From: Vitrella brassicaformis CCMP3155
Taxonomy: Eukaryota > Protista > Chromerida
Reading direction: 5' to 3'
NCBI GenBank assembly: GCA_001179505.1
Contig: CDMY01000201.1
Location: 1-64,000 of the forward strand
Length of the DNA: 64,000 nucleotides
The notes below the pieces were generated by a model. It was not told the DNA's origin, did not search any database, and saw only the letters and a program-made list of their open reading frames with translations. Position numbers and translations under genes: made by a program. Shown in pieces: positions 24,401 through 36,144 of the stretch. The first letter of the stretch is position 1. Each line of letters opens with the position of its first letter.

Positions 24401-24525
24401 CACTCTCTCTGCACACACAATCATCCACGACCGGGCGCGGCGCACCTGCTGGCTTGCTCCGGTCCGAACCATCTCTCGGTCAGCGCATTAAGGGCGGCTT
24501 TCGAGTACTCCTCCTCGTCCGCCAT
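17194..24525 (-). CDS. Giant multi-AP2-domain (ApiAP2-like) protein, 2230 aa, 7 exons: 24525-24446, 24351-24261, 24117-23588, 23502-22404, 22283-21488, 21374-20468, 20383-17194
   Basis: All six GT-AG introns are phase-compatible (6693 nt CDS). Recurrent (L/M)GIx(F/W/Y)D...F...G...AL..AI..RN units plus one canonical KAFSATKHGFLAARELA AP2 motif. Confidence 0.85.
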
Positions 24526-24895
24526 TCACTGCACGCCCCTCTGCCTCACACACGGAAACCGCCCCGCAGGCCAGATGGAGGGCGGAGTGCGCCTGCCCCG
24601 TCACCGCCACTGCACGGCAGAAGTCCTCAGAGCCCACGGGCCGTCAAGGGTGGACGAATGCCGCAGATCTCCTCAACCGCATGCTAGAGAGGGCCGGGTA
24701 AGAGGCAAGATATCTGTGGCTTCCTGTCTGTCTGGTCGAGCTAAGGGGATGACGCCGCGCCCGTAGAGAGGTGGAAAGGCCGTCGAACGCTCCTTTTTTC
24801 CCCTCCCTTGGATGCTTCAAGCTCGCAGCGAGAGAGTTTTCCAGCCGTCGAGTTTTGCCTTCCCACTCTCTCCTCGGTGGCAACAGAGCCGGCGA

Positions 24896-27305
24896 ATGGG
24901 TAGGATGGACATCCCGCTGATGGAGGATCTCCCCCCCGGCGCCCACAACACGCTGGTGATAGCGCTGATAGTGTTTGTGGTGCTATGGATCACCAAGATC
25001 ACCATCCAGACGCTGCGGCTGTTCGAGCTGCACCAGAAGATCCTCACGCAGGAGGCCCTCTACCTTGACGGCATGAGCAGCTACGCCAAGGACTTCCAGC
25101 GGCTCGTCCGTGCGCACTTCAACCAGATCCTCCGCATGCGCCGCACCGTCCCCCCCACAACCGTCCCGCGTGTCTCGGTCTTCGTCGCCGTCGATGCCGC
25201 CTCACTGCGGGTCGTCTCGGACACTTCACCAGGCCACGGGGCGAGAGTCGGCGTGCAGTTCCGCTTTGATGCCTCGGTGCCCTGCTCCATCACCCTCTAC
25301 TGGGGAGCATCGCTGCATCTCCTGCATCGGCTCCTCAAGGTGGTCGAGGAGCCGCCCGAGAGCGCCTCTGAGCGGGAGCGGGCAGCCAGCCGCACGGCGC
25401 TTCGCAACCTGCTGTACCTGAGCTCGATTCGCGTCGACCAGCCAACCACACCCCCGCCCACCCAGGGTCCCATGGCCGCGCTGGGCACCGGCGTGACCAA
25501 CGGCCTTCGGTTGCTCGGCCAGCGCGGCCGCCCTGCACAGGCGGCCGACTCAACACGGTCGCTTTTGGAGATGGAGGAGATCGACGCCTCCAACAACGGC
25601 GGCAATGCGAGTGCCAGCTCGGCCAGTTCCCAGGCCGAGAGGGACCAGCCCACGTGGTTTGCCAACGGCAAGTACGTCGACAAGTCGCGCGAGGCCTTCT
25701 TCCAGTCGGGGGCGGGGCAGCTCTACGAGACACCGCCGGCAGAGATGATCGACTACAGCACCCTCAGGGCCATGGACACATTCGCGGTGGCCGCCCCGTC
25801 AGGCGGTGCTGGCGCCAGCAGCGCCGCGGCAGCCGAGGCGACCACCCCGTCAGACACCACGAATCAGGACCTGCAGGTGCCGCTGGTCATCATTGCGACG
25901 GGGCAGCGGTCGAGAGCCACATCGGCGTCTCTGGGGTCCATCGGCGGCGTGCCGATAGCGGAGGGTTACTGCCAGGTGACCGTGGTGCGTTTCAAGCCCG
26001 GCGAAGACCCCAATGTGCCCGCGGCCGAGGTGGTGCGTCAGGTGGTGCTGTGCAGCCGGGTGGGCAACGGTGCGATGGGCGGTGACGGGGGGCCGCTGGG
26101 GCCGCTGGGGCCGCAGGAGGCGAAGGACATCTATGGGTTGGAGGACGAGCATGACAGGGACTGCCTGATCTGCATGGCCAACCCCAAGGACGCCATGCTG
26201 CTGCCATGTCGACACTGCACGCTCTGCTACTGCTGCCTGCGATCACTCCGACAGGTAGGTATACAGACAGACAAACAGCCAGACACACCAACAGATGGAG
26301 GAATCAATATCATGCAGCACACTCGTTTCTTGTATGTATCTGTCTGTGTGCCCCCAGGAGCGTTGTCCCCTCTGTCGCGTCAACTTCTCGAGTTTCATCA
26401 CCTTCCCGATCCGCAAGGACCCCACACCCCGCCGCGGCGGCTCCGGCTCGTCCAACAATTCGCCATCCAACAGACCAGACAGAGGCAACCCGCCCCAGCC
26501 ACCGGGTGGCAACAACGGCGGAGGGGGTGATGACCGCTCCTGCGGGCCCCCCGGTCCTCCCGGAGGATCGCCTGGTCGACGGCCTGATGGGGGCGGAGGA
26601 GGCGGCGGGTCAGGAGGAGACAGAAGGCAACGCGACTCGACAAACCGGTCTGGCGGCGGGCTGATGGGGCGGCTGAGGGCACTGACGGGCCAGCGACACG
26701 ATGATGAGGCGTCAGTGAGCGGTGGAGGGTTCCTTGGCGTCAATCTGGGTCTCTTCCACTCCCTGCCGGGCATCAGCGGGTCCTGGGGCGGCGGGGCCAC
26801 CGGCAACTCGAGCGATGTGACGCCCCTCCTGAACCACGGCGCCCCCTCTGCGCCTATGAGCTCCCCTGCGGTGGCGGACCGCTCAACCGCAGATATCCTC
26901 GCGGCCAGACCACCACACGCGCCCACCATCAATGTGGAGCTGGGAGGGCTTCTGTCGTCTTCCCGTCCGGACAGCAAGAAGGCACACGAGGGAGGGGGGC
27001 TGGGGATGGCCACCGGTGCGTCTGGGGCGGCGATGAATGGCGGCGTGTACACACAGGCGACGGCGAGTGGCAGCGGGAGTGGGGGTGCGAGTGATGAGGA
27101 GCTGTATGAGGACGCCGAAGAGGCGGATGACGTGGAGGAGGGCATGGGGGTGCGGCTGCTGAGCCACGCTGCTGCTGCAGCACCAGCACCGGCACCGGCC
27201 ACAGGCACAGCCACGGCAGGTGATGGGAGGCGGAAGGTGGTCAAGGAGGAGGCGTGTGGCGGTGGGGGCCGCGCCATCTTAATGAGTGGGAGAGATGTCG
27301 TCTGA
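24896..27305 (+). CDS. Membrane-anchored RING-HC E3 ubiquitin ligase (CGRRF1/MGRN1/LOG2-like); intron 26255-26357
   Basis: TM segment LVIALIVFVVLWIT; FDASVPCSITLYWG; RING CLICMANPKDAMLLPCRHCTLCYCCLRSLRQ|ERCPLCR, completed by the splice. Confidence 0.88.
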
Positions 27306-28270
27306 CTGATCGATCGACGTGGGATGGGACAGACAGACAGACAGACAGATTGGCGACGTCGCGCGTTTTTCCTTTTGCGTGTGGATGCAGTTGCATTGTG
27401 CCCACATTTGTCATCTGCGCGTTCTTTCATTTCTCTCACGTCGCGTGCCTCTGTCTGTCCATTCAGGCCAGCAGCCGCGAAGGGGCACACACAGCTGCAC
27501 GTTCGCGTGAGGGGGTAGAAAGGGACAGAGCAGATGACGAACAGGCAGACAGCTGAATGTGTGTATGTGTGTGTATTGGCGTGGGTGGCTGGGCTGGGTA
27601 GACACGGACGCCCACCTCGTTGGTTGCCGAGTCAGTCGAGGCCATCTCTTTTTCTGATGGATAGCGACCATCCCATCCACAGACAGATTTCATGCATCAA
27701 GCACTGACTGAGACTGACTGCATGTGATGGATGTGTTGATTGATGTCAACCTTCTGACACTGACGAACGAGCAGCAGAGTCGAGTCCCCCCGCACCACAT
27801 CCCTATCATTCGTAAGTATGCAACTATGCATCAAGACCTGCACAACCAGGTAGGCACACACACACACAGTACATAATTCCTAGCCACACACGCAAGTGAC
27901 ATGCATGACAAAATTCCCCTTCAGTCAGTTAGTCAGACGCTGCCACTATGAATGAAGGTCTGTCTCCTCTCTCAGCTGCCTTAGACAGGCATTTATGCAG
28001 ACAGATATTGGGGGCACGCAGGCACGCAGGCAGCCAGGCAGGCAGCCTCTTTTGGACCTGCTCTCAACGCAACGCAACTAGTCCGTCAGTACCACAAACC
28101 TTAATTATTTCCCCACGAACCCATTCGCTCATAGTATCAGCCCACTGGCTGACCTGACATACAGATTCGCATACACTCCTGTGGGGTCGACTTAGAATGA
28201 ATGGCGAAAAAACCGTCGGTCAGTGCGATCATCCACTGTCATCTCCTCCCATGCCTCGTCTCAGCCTCAG

Positions 28271-29171
28271 TCAGTGTGCCATCTTCCCCCCCTCAGCTTT
28301 CAACGGTAGTGTGTTCAGCAGCTCGCTGCTGCTGATAATCCTGTAGTAGCACGGTCCCTCATCCGAGTAAAAGACGTCGCTCACCACACACTCCCGATCC
28401 AGACCCACACTGCGGGCCAGCTGCACCTCCCCCGTGCTGCTCACATAGTGGTACACCTCGGTCCTCTCGGCACGAAAGCCATACACCGACCGCAGAAACC
28501 CTCCAAAAGGCAGGCCCTCACACTGCGGCGATGGCTGTGCGTCTGACGCCGGCTGTGCGGGCAGACAGGCCATGGCCGCGCGGCAGGTCGGGGCGATGGT
28601 TGACCTGAACAGGTATACGGGCTCGATGGCCCCTGCTGCTGCCGGTGGTGATGCAGCGGTCGGTGCGAGGAATGTGGGTGGTGCGGGTGAGAGGGGCAGG
28701 ATGCCGAGAGTCGTCGAGCACGATGGCGAGTCAGAGAAGACCATATACCGATACTCTGTGGCCGTGCGGTGATGGAACGAGGGCGTCCTCGAGGCGAGCT
28801 CTGCACACACATACCAGTCACCAGCCAGCAATGACCCCCACTTCATCATCGCTTTTCCACTATCGTCCTCACTCACTTCTGTGCCACCCCTTGGCAGCGG
28901 CCCTTTTCCCCTGATGCTGCCCAAACCAGGCATACTCGACAATGACAGTGAGGCAAATGGCCATGATGGTGACGGGAATGAGCATTGGGAAGCAGGCCCT
29001 GAGGAGCATGGCCCCGTGCAGCTTGGGCAGCGGCGGTGGCGGCCGCCGCTTGCGGTGGGCGGGCCACACCGTGGGGCTCATGGGAGGGTGCCGCCCGTCG
29101 AAGGGAGAGGTGATGGTGTAGGCCGCGATTTGCAGGAGCTGCTTGGCTGTCAGACGACGACGCATCACCAT
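28271..29171 (-). CDS. Hypothetical single-pass membrane protein; intron 28876-28801
   Basis: TM LIPVTIMAICLTVIVEYAWF. The GTGAGT...TGCAG intron joins ORFs 28869-29255 and 28271-28942 in phase 1. Start codon uncertain. Confidence 0.65.
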
Positions 29172-29294
29172 CAAACATCGAGGAACTGAATCAAAGCGGC
29201 AGGAACGACATAGAACAACAGCGCATCTTGCACACTGTAGAGAAAGCTCGCGCACAACGGCTGACGCGCCTCCACCGCCGACCTCATCGCTGCC

Positions 29295-29764
29295 ATGTAT
29301 TCATCATACCAGTCCAGCGGTGTTTATCCGATGGGGTACCCGACGGGTAACTACCCGTCCCAGGCCGGCTTCACCACCACCCAGCACCAGAGATACCAAG
29401 CACTCTCACAAAACATGATGCACCTACAGCAACAACAGCAGCAACCGTACCTCCAGATGCCCCAACAACAACAGCAACAGCAGCAGAAGCCACAAGCACA
29501 GCCCCATGCAGCACAAACACAGCTACAAGCACAGGAACTGACCAGGACCAGTGCGGCCCATCGGGCGGAGCGAGCGAGTATGGGGGCGCCTTCCCGCGTG
29601 GGCATGGGTATCGGTAGGGCTGGGGCTGCAGCTGAGGGTTACGCGCGTGGGGCGGAGGGGACAGCACAGGGGCAGAGGGAGTACCGCAGCGCGGCTATAA
29701 CGGCAAAACAGACATCAGACATGTGAGGGAAATGATGAATGAAATGGTGGTGTTGTCTCCCGCA

Positions 29765-29803
<39 letters not shown>

Positions 29804-31358
29804 TGACTCAGACACGCCGGCAAGCAACTGAAGACCTTGGTGACCAAGCCAGCTCCAGGGGTGAGCAAGGACAAGCCAGACTAATACGCGAGATACACTG
29901 ACGCGTCGCTGTACATGCCGATTGCAGGGTGGTGGTGTGCCACAGCGTCCAATTGGGGCCGGAGGCCAGACGGCTACCCCAGACGATTTGTTGGGATCGC
30001 AGCAGTCATGGGTCGGTTCACCGAAAGGAACAAGACAGACATGTCTCTTACGTCACACGCAGCTGCGTGTGTGTGTGCTGCATGCGATGCGTTGCAGGTC
30101 GACAGTTCGTTGATGCACCTGAAGATGCTCGTGGATGCCAGGCTGGCGGCGACGGAGGTCGGGCAGGTGAAGAGGAGCTACACAGCCTTCTTGAACGCTC
30201 TCAAGTCTCACATAGAAGAGGCGCAGACATGGCAACACCAGACACCACGGGTGGGTGACTTGACTGACCACCCGGTCAGCCGCGCCGCGTATATGCAGCG
30301 GGGTTTCCCTGCTGTGTGTGAGACAGATTGTGGACAGGCTATCGGTCGTCAGGGCGTCGCTCAAGCCCATGGTCACTGCGGATTTGCGCGATCAGTTCCC
30401 CACTATCTACATTTTGACGGTGCGGGCCCTCAACTGCATCGCCGCCAAGGCTGCCGAATGCGCCAGACCAGCCAGGCCAGACGGTGGCGACAAGGCCGCG
30501 ACTCAGGCAAGCATTAGGAGAATGCTCGATGGGCAATGGCGGTGGGCGCGGCGCAAGAATGTGGCTCGTGTGCGTTGGTTGCATTGCATCATCAGGGCGC
30601 CGAGGGTGCGGAGGAGCCTCCTGCCGAGGACGCAACGAACGTGGATAAGCAGAAGTACTTCTACTCGACGCTGATGAAGCTCAAGCTGGACCTGATAGAC
30701 ACCGAGAGGACCCGGCGGGACACCATGAGCGACATCTGGCAGCATGTGCTGGTGAGCGAGGTTGGCCAAAGCGACACCACTGGCTCGTTTCCATGTGTGG
30801 GCATCTTGTTGGTCTCCCTCCCTGGTGCTGCCTGCCATGTGTGCTGTGCAGGCAAGGGGTCTGCCTGTGTCTGACTACGAAAAATGGTGCGTCGCGCAGC
30901 TCGGCGGGGCTTCAGCGTTCAAACCCAACTCGTGGGTTGCCAAGAAATACGGTCGACCCATCACTTCAAAAGGTCAGCGAAAGACAGACACATTGATGAT
31001 GCACCAACACATACCTCCTGTGCGTGCAGCAGTTGAGGGGTATCCGCCGCCGCCGCAGCAGCAGCAACAGCAACAGCAACAGCAGCCGCCATACGTCGCC
31101 CCCCCTCAGCGGCCCGTGACAACGAGCACGACAGCAGGTGGTCAGCTCTCGCACACCTTCGCCCCTGGGTCGTTCGCGGCTGCCCGTGCTGCATGGGCTG
31201 GGGGTGACTATGGGCAGCAGCCACAGCCGTCTTATCATCATCCTGCGGCAGCAGCAGCAGCAGCAGCAGCAGCAGTTGAGTATCCGTCATCGCACCATCA
31301 TCAGGCGGCCATGGGTGTGGGTGGGTATCGGGGGCAGGTGTATGGTGCTAGGAGATAG
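29295..31358 (+). CDS. Hypothetical Gln/Ala-rich protein with a central helical domain; multi-exon, includes a GC-AG intron
   Basis: Coding-type exons (VDSSLMHLKMLVDARL..., QKYFYSTLMKLKLDLIDTERTRRD) separated by GT-AG introns; polyQ/polyA tracts. Confidence 0.7.
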
Positions 31359-31941
31359 AGTGGATGGGTGGATGTGTGTTGCTTTCTTCTCTCTGTGCCT
31401 ATCTATGGTTTGGCGACTGATTTGTGGGTATGCATTCGGTTCGGTGCGGTTGGTTGTTCTTACTTGCGTGGGACGGAGAGATATATGCGATGGTGATGCT
31501 GACTGACCAGCATTTGTGTCGTCTCTTGGTGTGCACCCCTGGAAGCACAAGCACAGAGGCACTCTTGGCACACGAAATCGATGGATGAGCCAGGTCCGTC
31601 ACTGTCAGCCACCGATAGTGCACGCCACGCCACGCAACCAGGAGGCAGGCAGGCAGGCAGGCAGGCGGGCGGGCAGACACATCGATGCGATCCGTCAATC
31701 CTAATCAACCAGGGCGCAAAACACACCGGCAACAGATGACATGGATGGGTGTGAGATAGACTGTGAGAGAGAGGGGAAGGGGAGGAAGGGAGAGCCAAAA
31801 CTGTCTGTCGTCAGCGCTGACACTCCCGCCCCCCGTCCACACACCTGCCTGCCCAATTCATGGAATGTACCACCACACCAACATGCGATCCACGACTGAC
31901 TTTCTGCACATACATACGCACACGTCCGCCCGTCGCTTCCT

Positions 31942-34900
31942 TCACGCTCCCCTTGTGTGTGGTGTGGTGTGTTTGATGCGTGTGCTTCGTGTGCGCAGGA
32001 TGGGCAGCTCTTTCTCGGTCTCGTCGCACGGTGTGTGGTCGGTGTGTGTGGGGGGCTCGGGGTGCTTGCGCTTGCGATCGATACGGATGATGGCGGGGGT
32101 CGCCAGGGGGGCCGTGGATGGGGCGGGGGATGGGTCAGGGGCGAGGGCGAAGGTGAGGTGGTCGTGCTGGTCCCCTCCTTGTGCCTCGTTAGTGCGAAAC
32201 GACTGACACAAACACGAGGGGGAAAGGAAGCAGGGAGACATGCATGTGTATGTATGTATGTGTATGTCTAGTGTGTGTGCCGTGCATCGCTGACATCAGC
32301 TTGCGAGAATGAAGGCGTGGACACATCCTGAGACTGACGGACGAGCAAAGGGGGGGGACATTTCATGTGTTGTGTGGACGTGTGCCCACGCACCTCATCA
32401 TTGCGTATGGGATCTGTGGGCGTGTCCTCGTCGCTGCCTTCGAGCACCATGGGGCTCACGCGCAGCTCGTGGTGGTGGTGGTGGTGGTGGGATGCCGCAG
32501 CTGCAGCCGCTGCTGCTGCCGCCTTGAGCATGCCATGGATCTCATAAAACACCACCTCACCACTGTTGCACCAATCCAGCTCCTGTGCACACACACACAG
32601 AGAGAGAGAGGGAGAGAGAGAGAGAGACGTATAACGTAGCTGGCAGGTGTGCATTGTCTGGTGTGTCGTGTTGGTGCAGCTCACGATGAACAGGTCGACA
32701 AGGAGAAGTTCGACCCAGTACGAACGCACACCGACAGAGGCATACAACACCCTCAGATCCTGCAGAGAGATCATGCACTCATCGTCAGGGTATGCCTCGC
32801 GATAACGCTTCTCGGCATCATCAGCCACCGAAGCTGCACACACAAGAGCACCACTCTTCCCACCCCTTGTGTGCTGTGTGTGTCTTGTCTGCCTTCTCAC
32901 GGGTCAGGTATTGTGCGGCGTCTTGGCTCCCGAACATGCGGATGTTGGCCTGTCCCGTCAGGTGGCCGCCCAGCCGGGGCAGCCGCCAGCCAGTCGCGGG
33001 CGAGGGCTCGCCGAAGACGTGACGCAGAAACCATGGATGATCCATCGCCTGATCACAAAGACAGCTGGTTGCTGGCTGTGGGTGTCTGTCTACTGGTCGC
33101 GTGGATGCGTGTGTGCATGGTGATGCGATGCGTGCCTGTGTGGCGGTGGGTCTGTTGTTTTCTTGCACGGTCAGGCACCTGCAGATCAGGTCCTTGAGCT
33201 CGTCGGACACACCGTTCCACACCTGCACACACACATACACACACAGGGTGGGGTGTAGGTAGTGGCGGATGCTGTCTGTCTGTGCTCACCTTGCCCTCGA
33301 ACCACCCTTTGCTGAAGCTGAAGTGTCCGTGCTGGATCTGCTCGCGACACAGCTCCTGCTGGCCCTTGTCGCACGGCCACGGATGACACCCACACCCGGC
33401 GAAACTCTCCTGAACAAACCGACACACACACACACACACCGCTACACGTGAGGTTTGTGTGTGTGTGTGTGGTTGGCCGCGTACGTAGAGAGTGACGCCG
33501 AATGACCAGATGTCACATTTGGTGCCGTATGAGTAGCGGCCGTCGCGAGCAAAGAGCTGGGGGGCGGCGTAGGCACGGGAACCTGACAACACACAAACAC
33601 AAACACACACACACACACGGGCGAATCAGTGCATTGTGTGCGTGTGTGTGTGTGTCTGTGTGGGGGGGGATGTGGGTCGTACCAGGGTTGTCTGTGGGTG
33701 ACCGGCCGCATGCGAAATCGAACGACAGACCAAAGTCGATGAGCTCCACATGCTGTTCGTCACACACGACGCGACGCACACAAATGCACGTCAACGCCTT
33801 CCCTTGTCTTCTTGTTTGGGGGGGGGGGNNNNNNNNNNNNNNNNNNNNNNNNNNNNNNNNNNNNNNNNNNNNNNNNNNNNNNNNNNNNNNNNNNNNNNNN
33901 NNNNNNNNNNNNNNNNNNNNNNNNNNNNNNNNNNNNNNNNNNNNNNNNNNNNNNNNNNNNNNNNNNNNNNNNNNNNNNNNNNNNNNNNNNNNNNNNNNNN
34001 NNNNNNNNNNNNNNNNNNNNNNNNNNNNNNNNNNNNNNNNNNNNNNNNNNNNNNNNNNNNNNNNNNNNNNNNNNNNNNNNNNNNNNNNNNNNNNNNNNNN
34101 NNNNNNNNNNNNNNNNNNNNNNNNNNNNTACCCGGCGGCTCTCGTCAGTGAATAGGATGTTTTGCGGCTTGATGTCTCTGTGGATCACGCCCATCGCATG
34201 ACAGTACTCGAGCGCCTGATGTGGCAAAAGAAACGACAATAGTGCGTCTTCGTCTGTGTGACATCCATCTGTGTGTGCGTCAGGTCACCTTGAGGACTTT
34301 ATATGCTCTGCGTGCGATTTTGCCCTCGTTGGGGAGGGCGGTGGGCTTGTCGCAGTCCGGTGTGGGGGGCGGCGCCATGACTTCTTCAAATGTGCCGCCA
34401 GACAGATACTCAGACAACATCACCCACTCCTGCATACACGGCCACACACACACACACACACACACACAAAACACAACACGCGCAAACAGACAGTGAGCGT
34501 TACTTCACTCCCGCTTCCCTCCCCATTCCTCCCTTCCCCTGCCTCTTCTCACTTGTGCTTTTCTGTCATAGTAGAATCCGTGCATCTTGAGCACATACGG
34601 GTGGTCCAGCTCCATCAGGATCTTGGCCTCCGTCACCGCAGCGTTGCTCGGGTCGTCCGTGCGGCTCCTCTTGACCGCAATCTGCACACAAACACAGCCA
34701 TTGACAGACACCACACACGTGCACCACCACCACCACCACACATGCGTTTCTCTTGCTGCTTCTCTCCCCGCCCCCCTCAGACCTCGTCGCCCGTCGTTTT
34801 GTGGATGTAGTGGAAGACTCGTCCATAGGAGCCCTTGGCGATCTCACCGCGGCACTCCCACCCATCATCGAGATCAAAATCGTCGCCATTGGTCCCAAAA

Positions 34901-35025
34901 TAGTCACAGAACTCAGGCGAGAAGCAGGAGAAGCGGGGGAATTCGAATGGGCATTGATCGTCGTCGCCCGACGGCCTTGGTTGCTTGGGGCACAGCTGAC
35001 TCATCGCCGCAGCTGGTGCAGACAT
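31942..35025 (-). CDS. CAMK-group Ser/Thr protein kinase with a degenerate EF-hand-like C-terminus (CDPK-related); multi-exon, spans an assembly gap
   Basis: [61 protein letters not shown]...RPTA...HPW. Start and end are approximate. Confidence 0.88.
33829..34128. other. Assembly gap (300 N) inside a kinase intron
   Basis: N run flanked by poly-G; the flanking exons join as ESRR|HVELIDFG with GT and AG ends. Confidence 0.95.
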
Positions 35026-35667
35026 CTGAGTGCGGAGGGAGCCTTGTGTGCTTGAGGAAAAGCGAGAGAAGGCTGATAAGGAGGTAAATTCGACGGCAAC
35101 TTTACAGCGAGTCAATGGCGATCCCGTGTCCCCGTTCGTTCACACGTCGCGTTTGAAATGCACTTTAAGCTACAGGCCATATACGTCTGTATACGCATCC
35201 CAAGTGGTCTTGCCCTTCTCGCCACCTGCATCAGGCCGACACCAAGACAGCCAGCAGGAAGGAACGTATGTCACGGTATATCATTCAGCAGAGGTAAGCA
35301 AGGCTGAGAGCCCTTGTTTCATGTGCGTCAGCGTATGGGTCCATGCAGCCAACCTCCCGCCTGCCCTTCGAGCCGAGAAACATGGATGTGTCGAGCGCTC
35401 GATGGCGTCACGAGCCTTCAAAATCGCTGCGTGGTGCATGGGGTGCGGCAGGGTCAATCAACTGCACTGATACAGTCAGGCACAGCACACAGAGAAACTA
35501 TGCAATAGCAACCAACACGTCATGGATGCACGCCAGCACGGCCGGGAGGCAGAGGGAGTGAAGTGTCTCGCGTCTACGGGTCCATCGATGGGATGCACTC
35601 ACTACTTGCCTGCGTGTGGTCACTGAGCAGCGGTTGCTCTGCAACACGTAAGACAACAGCAGCAGAG

Positions 35668-35967
35668 NNNNNNNNNNNNNNNNNNNNNNNNNNNNNNNNN
35701 NNNNNNNNNNNNNNNNNNNNNNNNNNNNNNNNNNNNNNNNNNNNNNNNNNNNNNNNNNNNNNNNNNNNNNNNNNNNNNNNNNNNNNNNNNNNNNNNNNNN
35801 NNNNNNNNNNNNNNNNNNNNNNNNNNNNNNNNNNNNNNNNNNNNNNNNNNNNNNNNNNNNNNNNNNNNNNNNNNNNNNNNNNNNNNNNNNNNNNNNNNNN
35901 NNNNNNNNNNNNNNNNNNNNNNNNNNNNNNNNNNNNNNNNNNNNNNNNNNNNNNNNNNNNNNNNNNN
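35668..35967. other. Assembly gap (300 N), intergenic
   Basis: N run flanked by a G-run, between the kinase 5' region and the U2AF65 3' end. Confidence 0.95.
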
Positions 35968-36144
35968 GGGGGGAGCACAGCCACGCATCAATTCTCATCG
36001 TCTTGTCCAATTAAATCACCCCCAACGCCCGCAAGAACACCTGAGAGATACGTGCATATAGAACCCACGGACGGCCAATGTGAGCCGACTCGTATGCCTA
36101 TTCATGTCGTCGTGTGCCAACCAGCAGCGTACGTGTGTTGGGTG

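Noticed and set aside
33829-34128. Assembly gap as a missing or disrupted kinase exon
   Set aside because: The flanking exons join as ESRR|HVELIDFG with proper GT and AG ends, so the gap is intronic.
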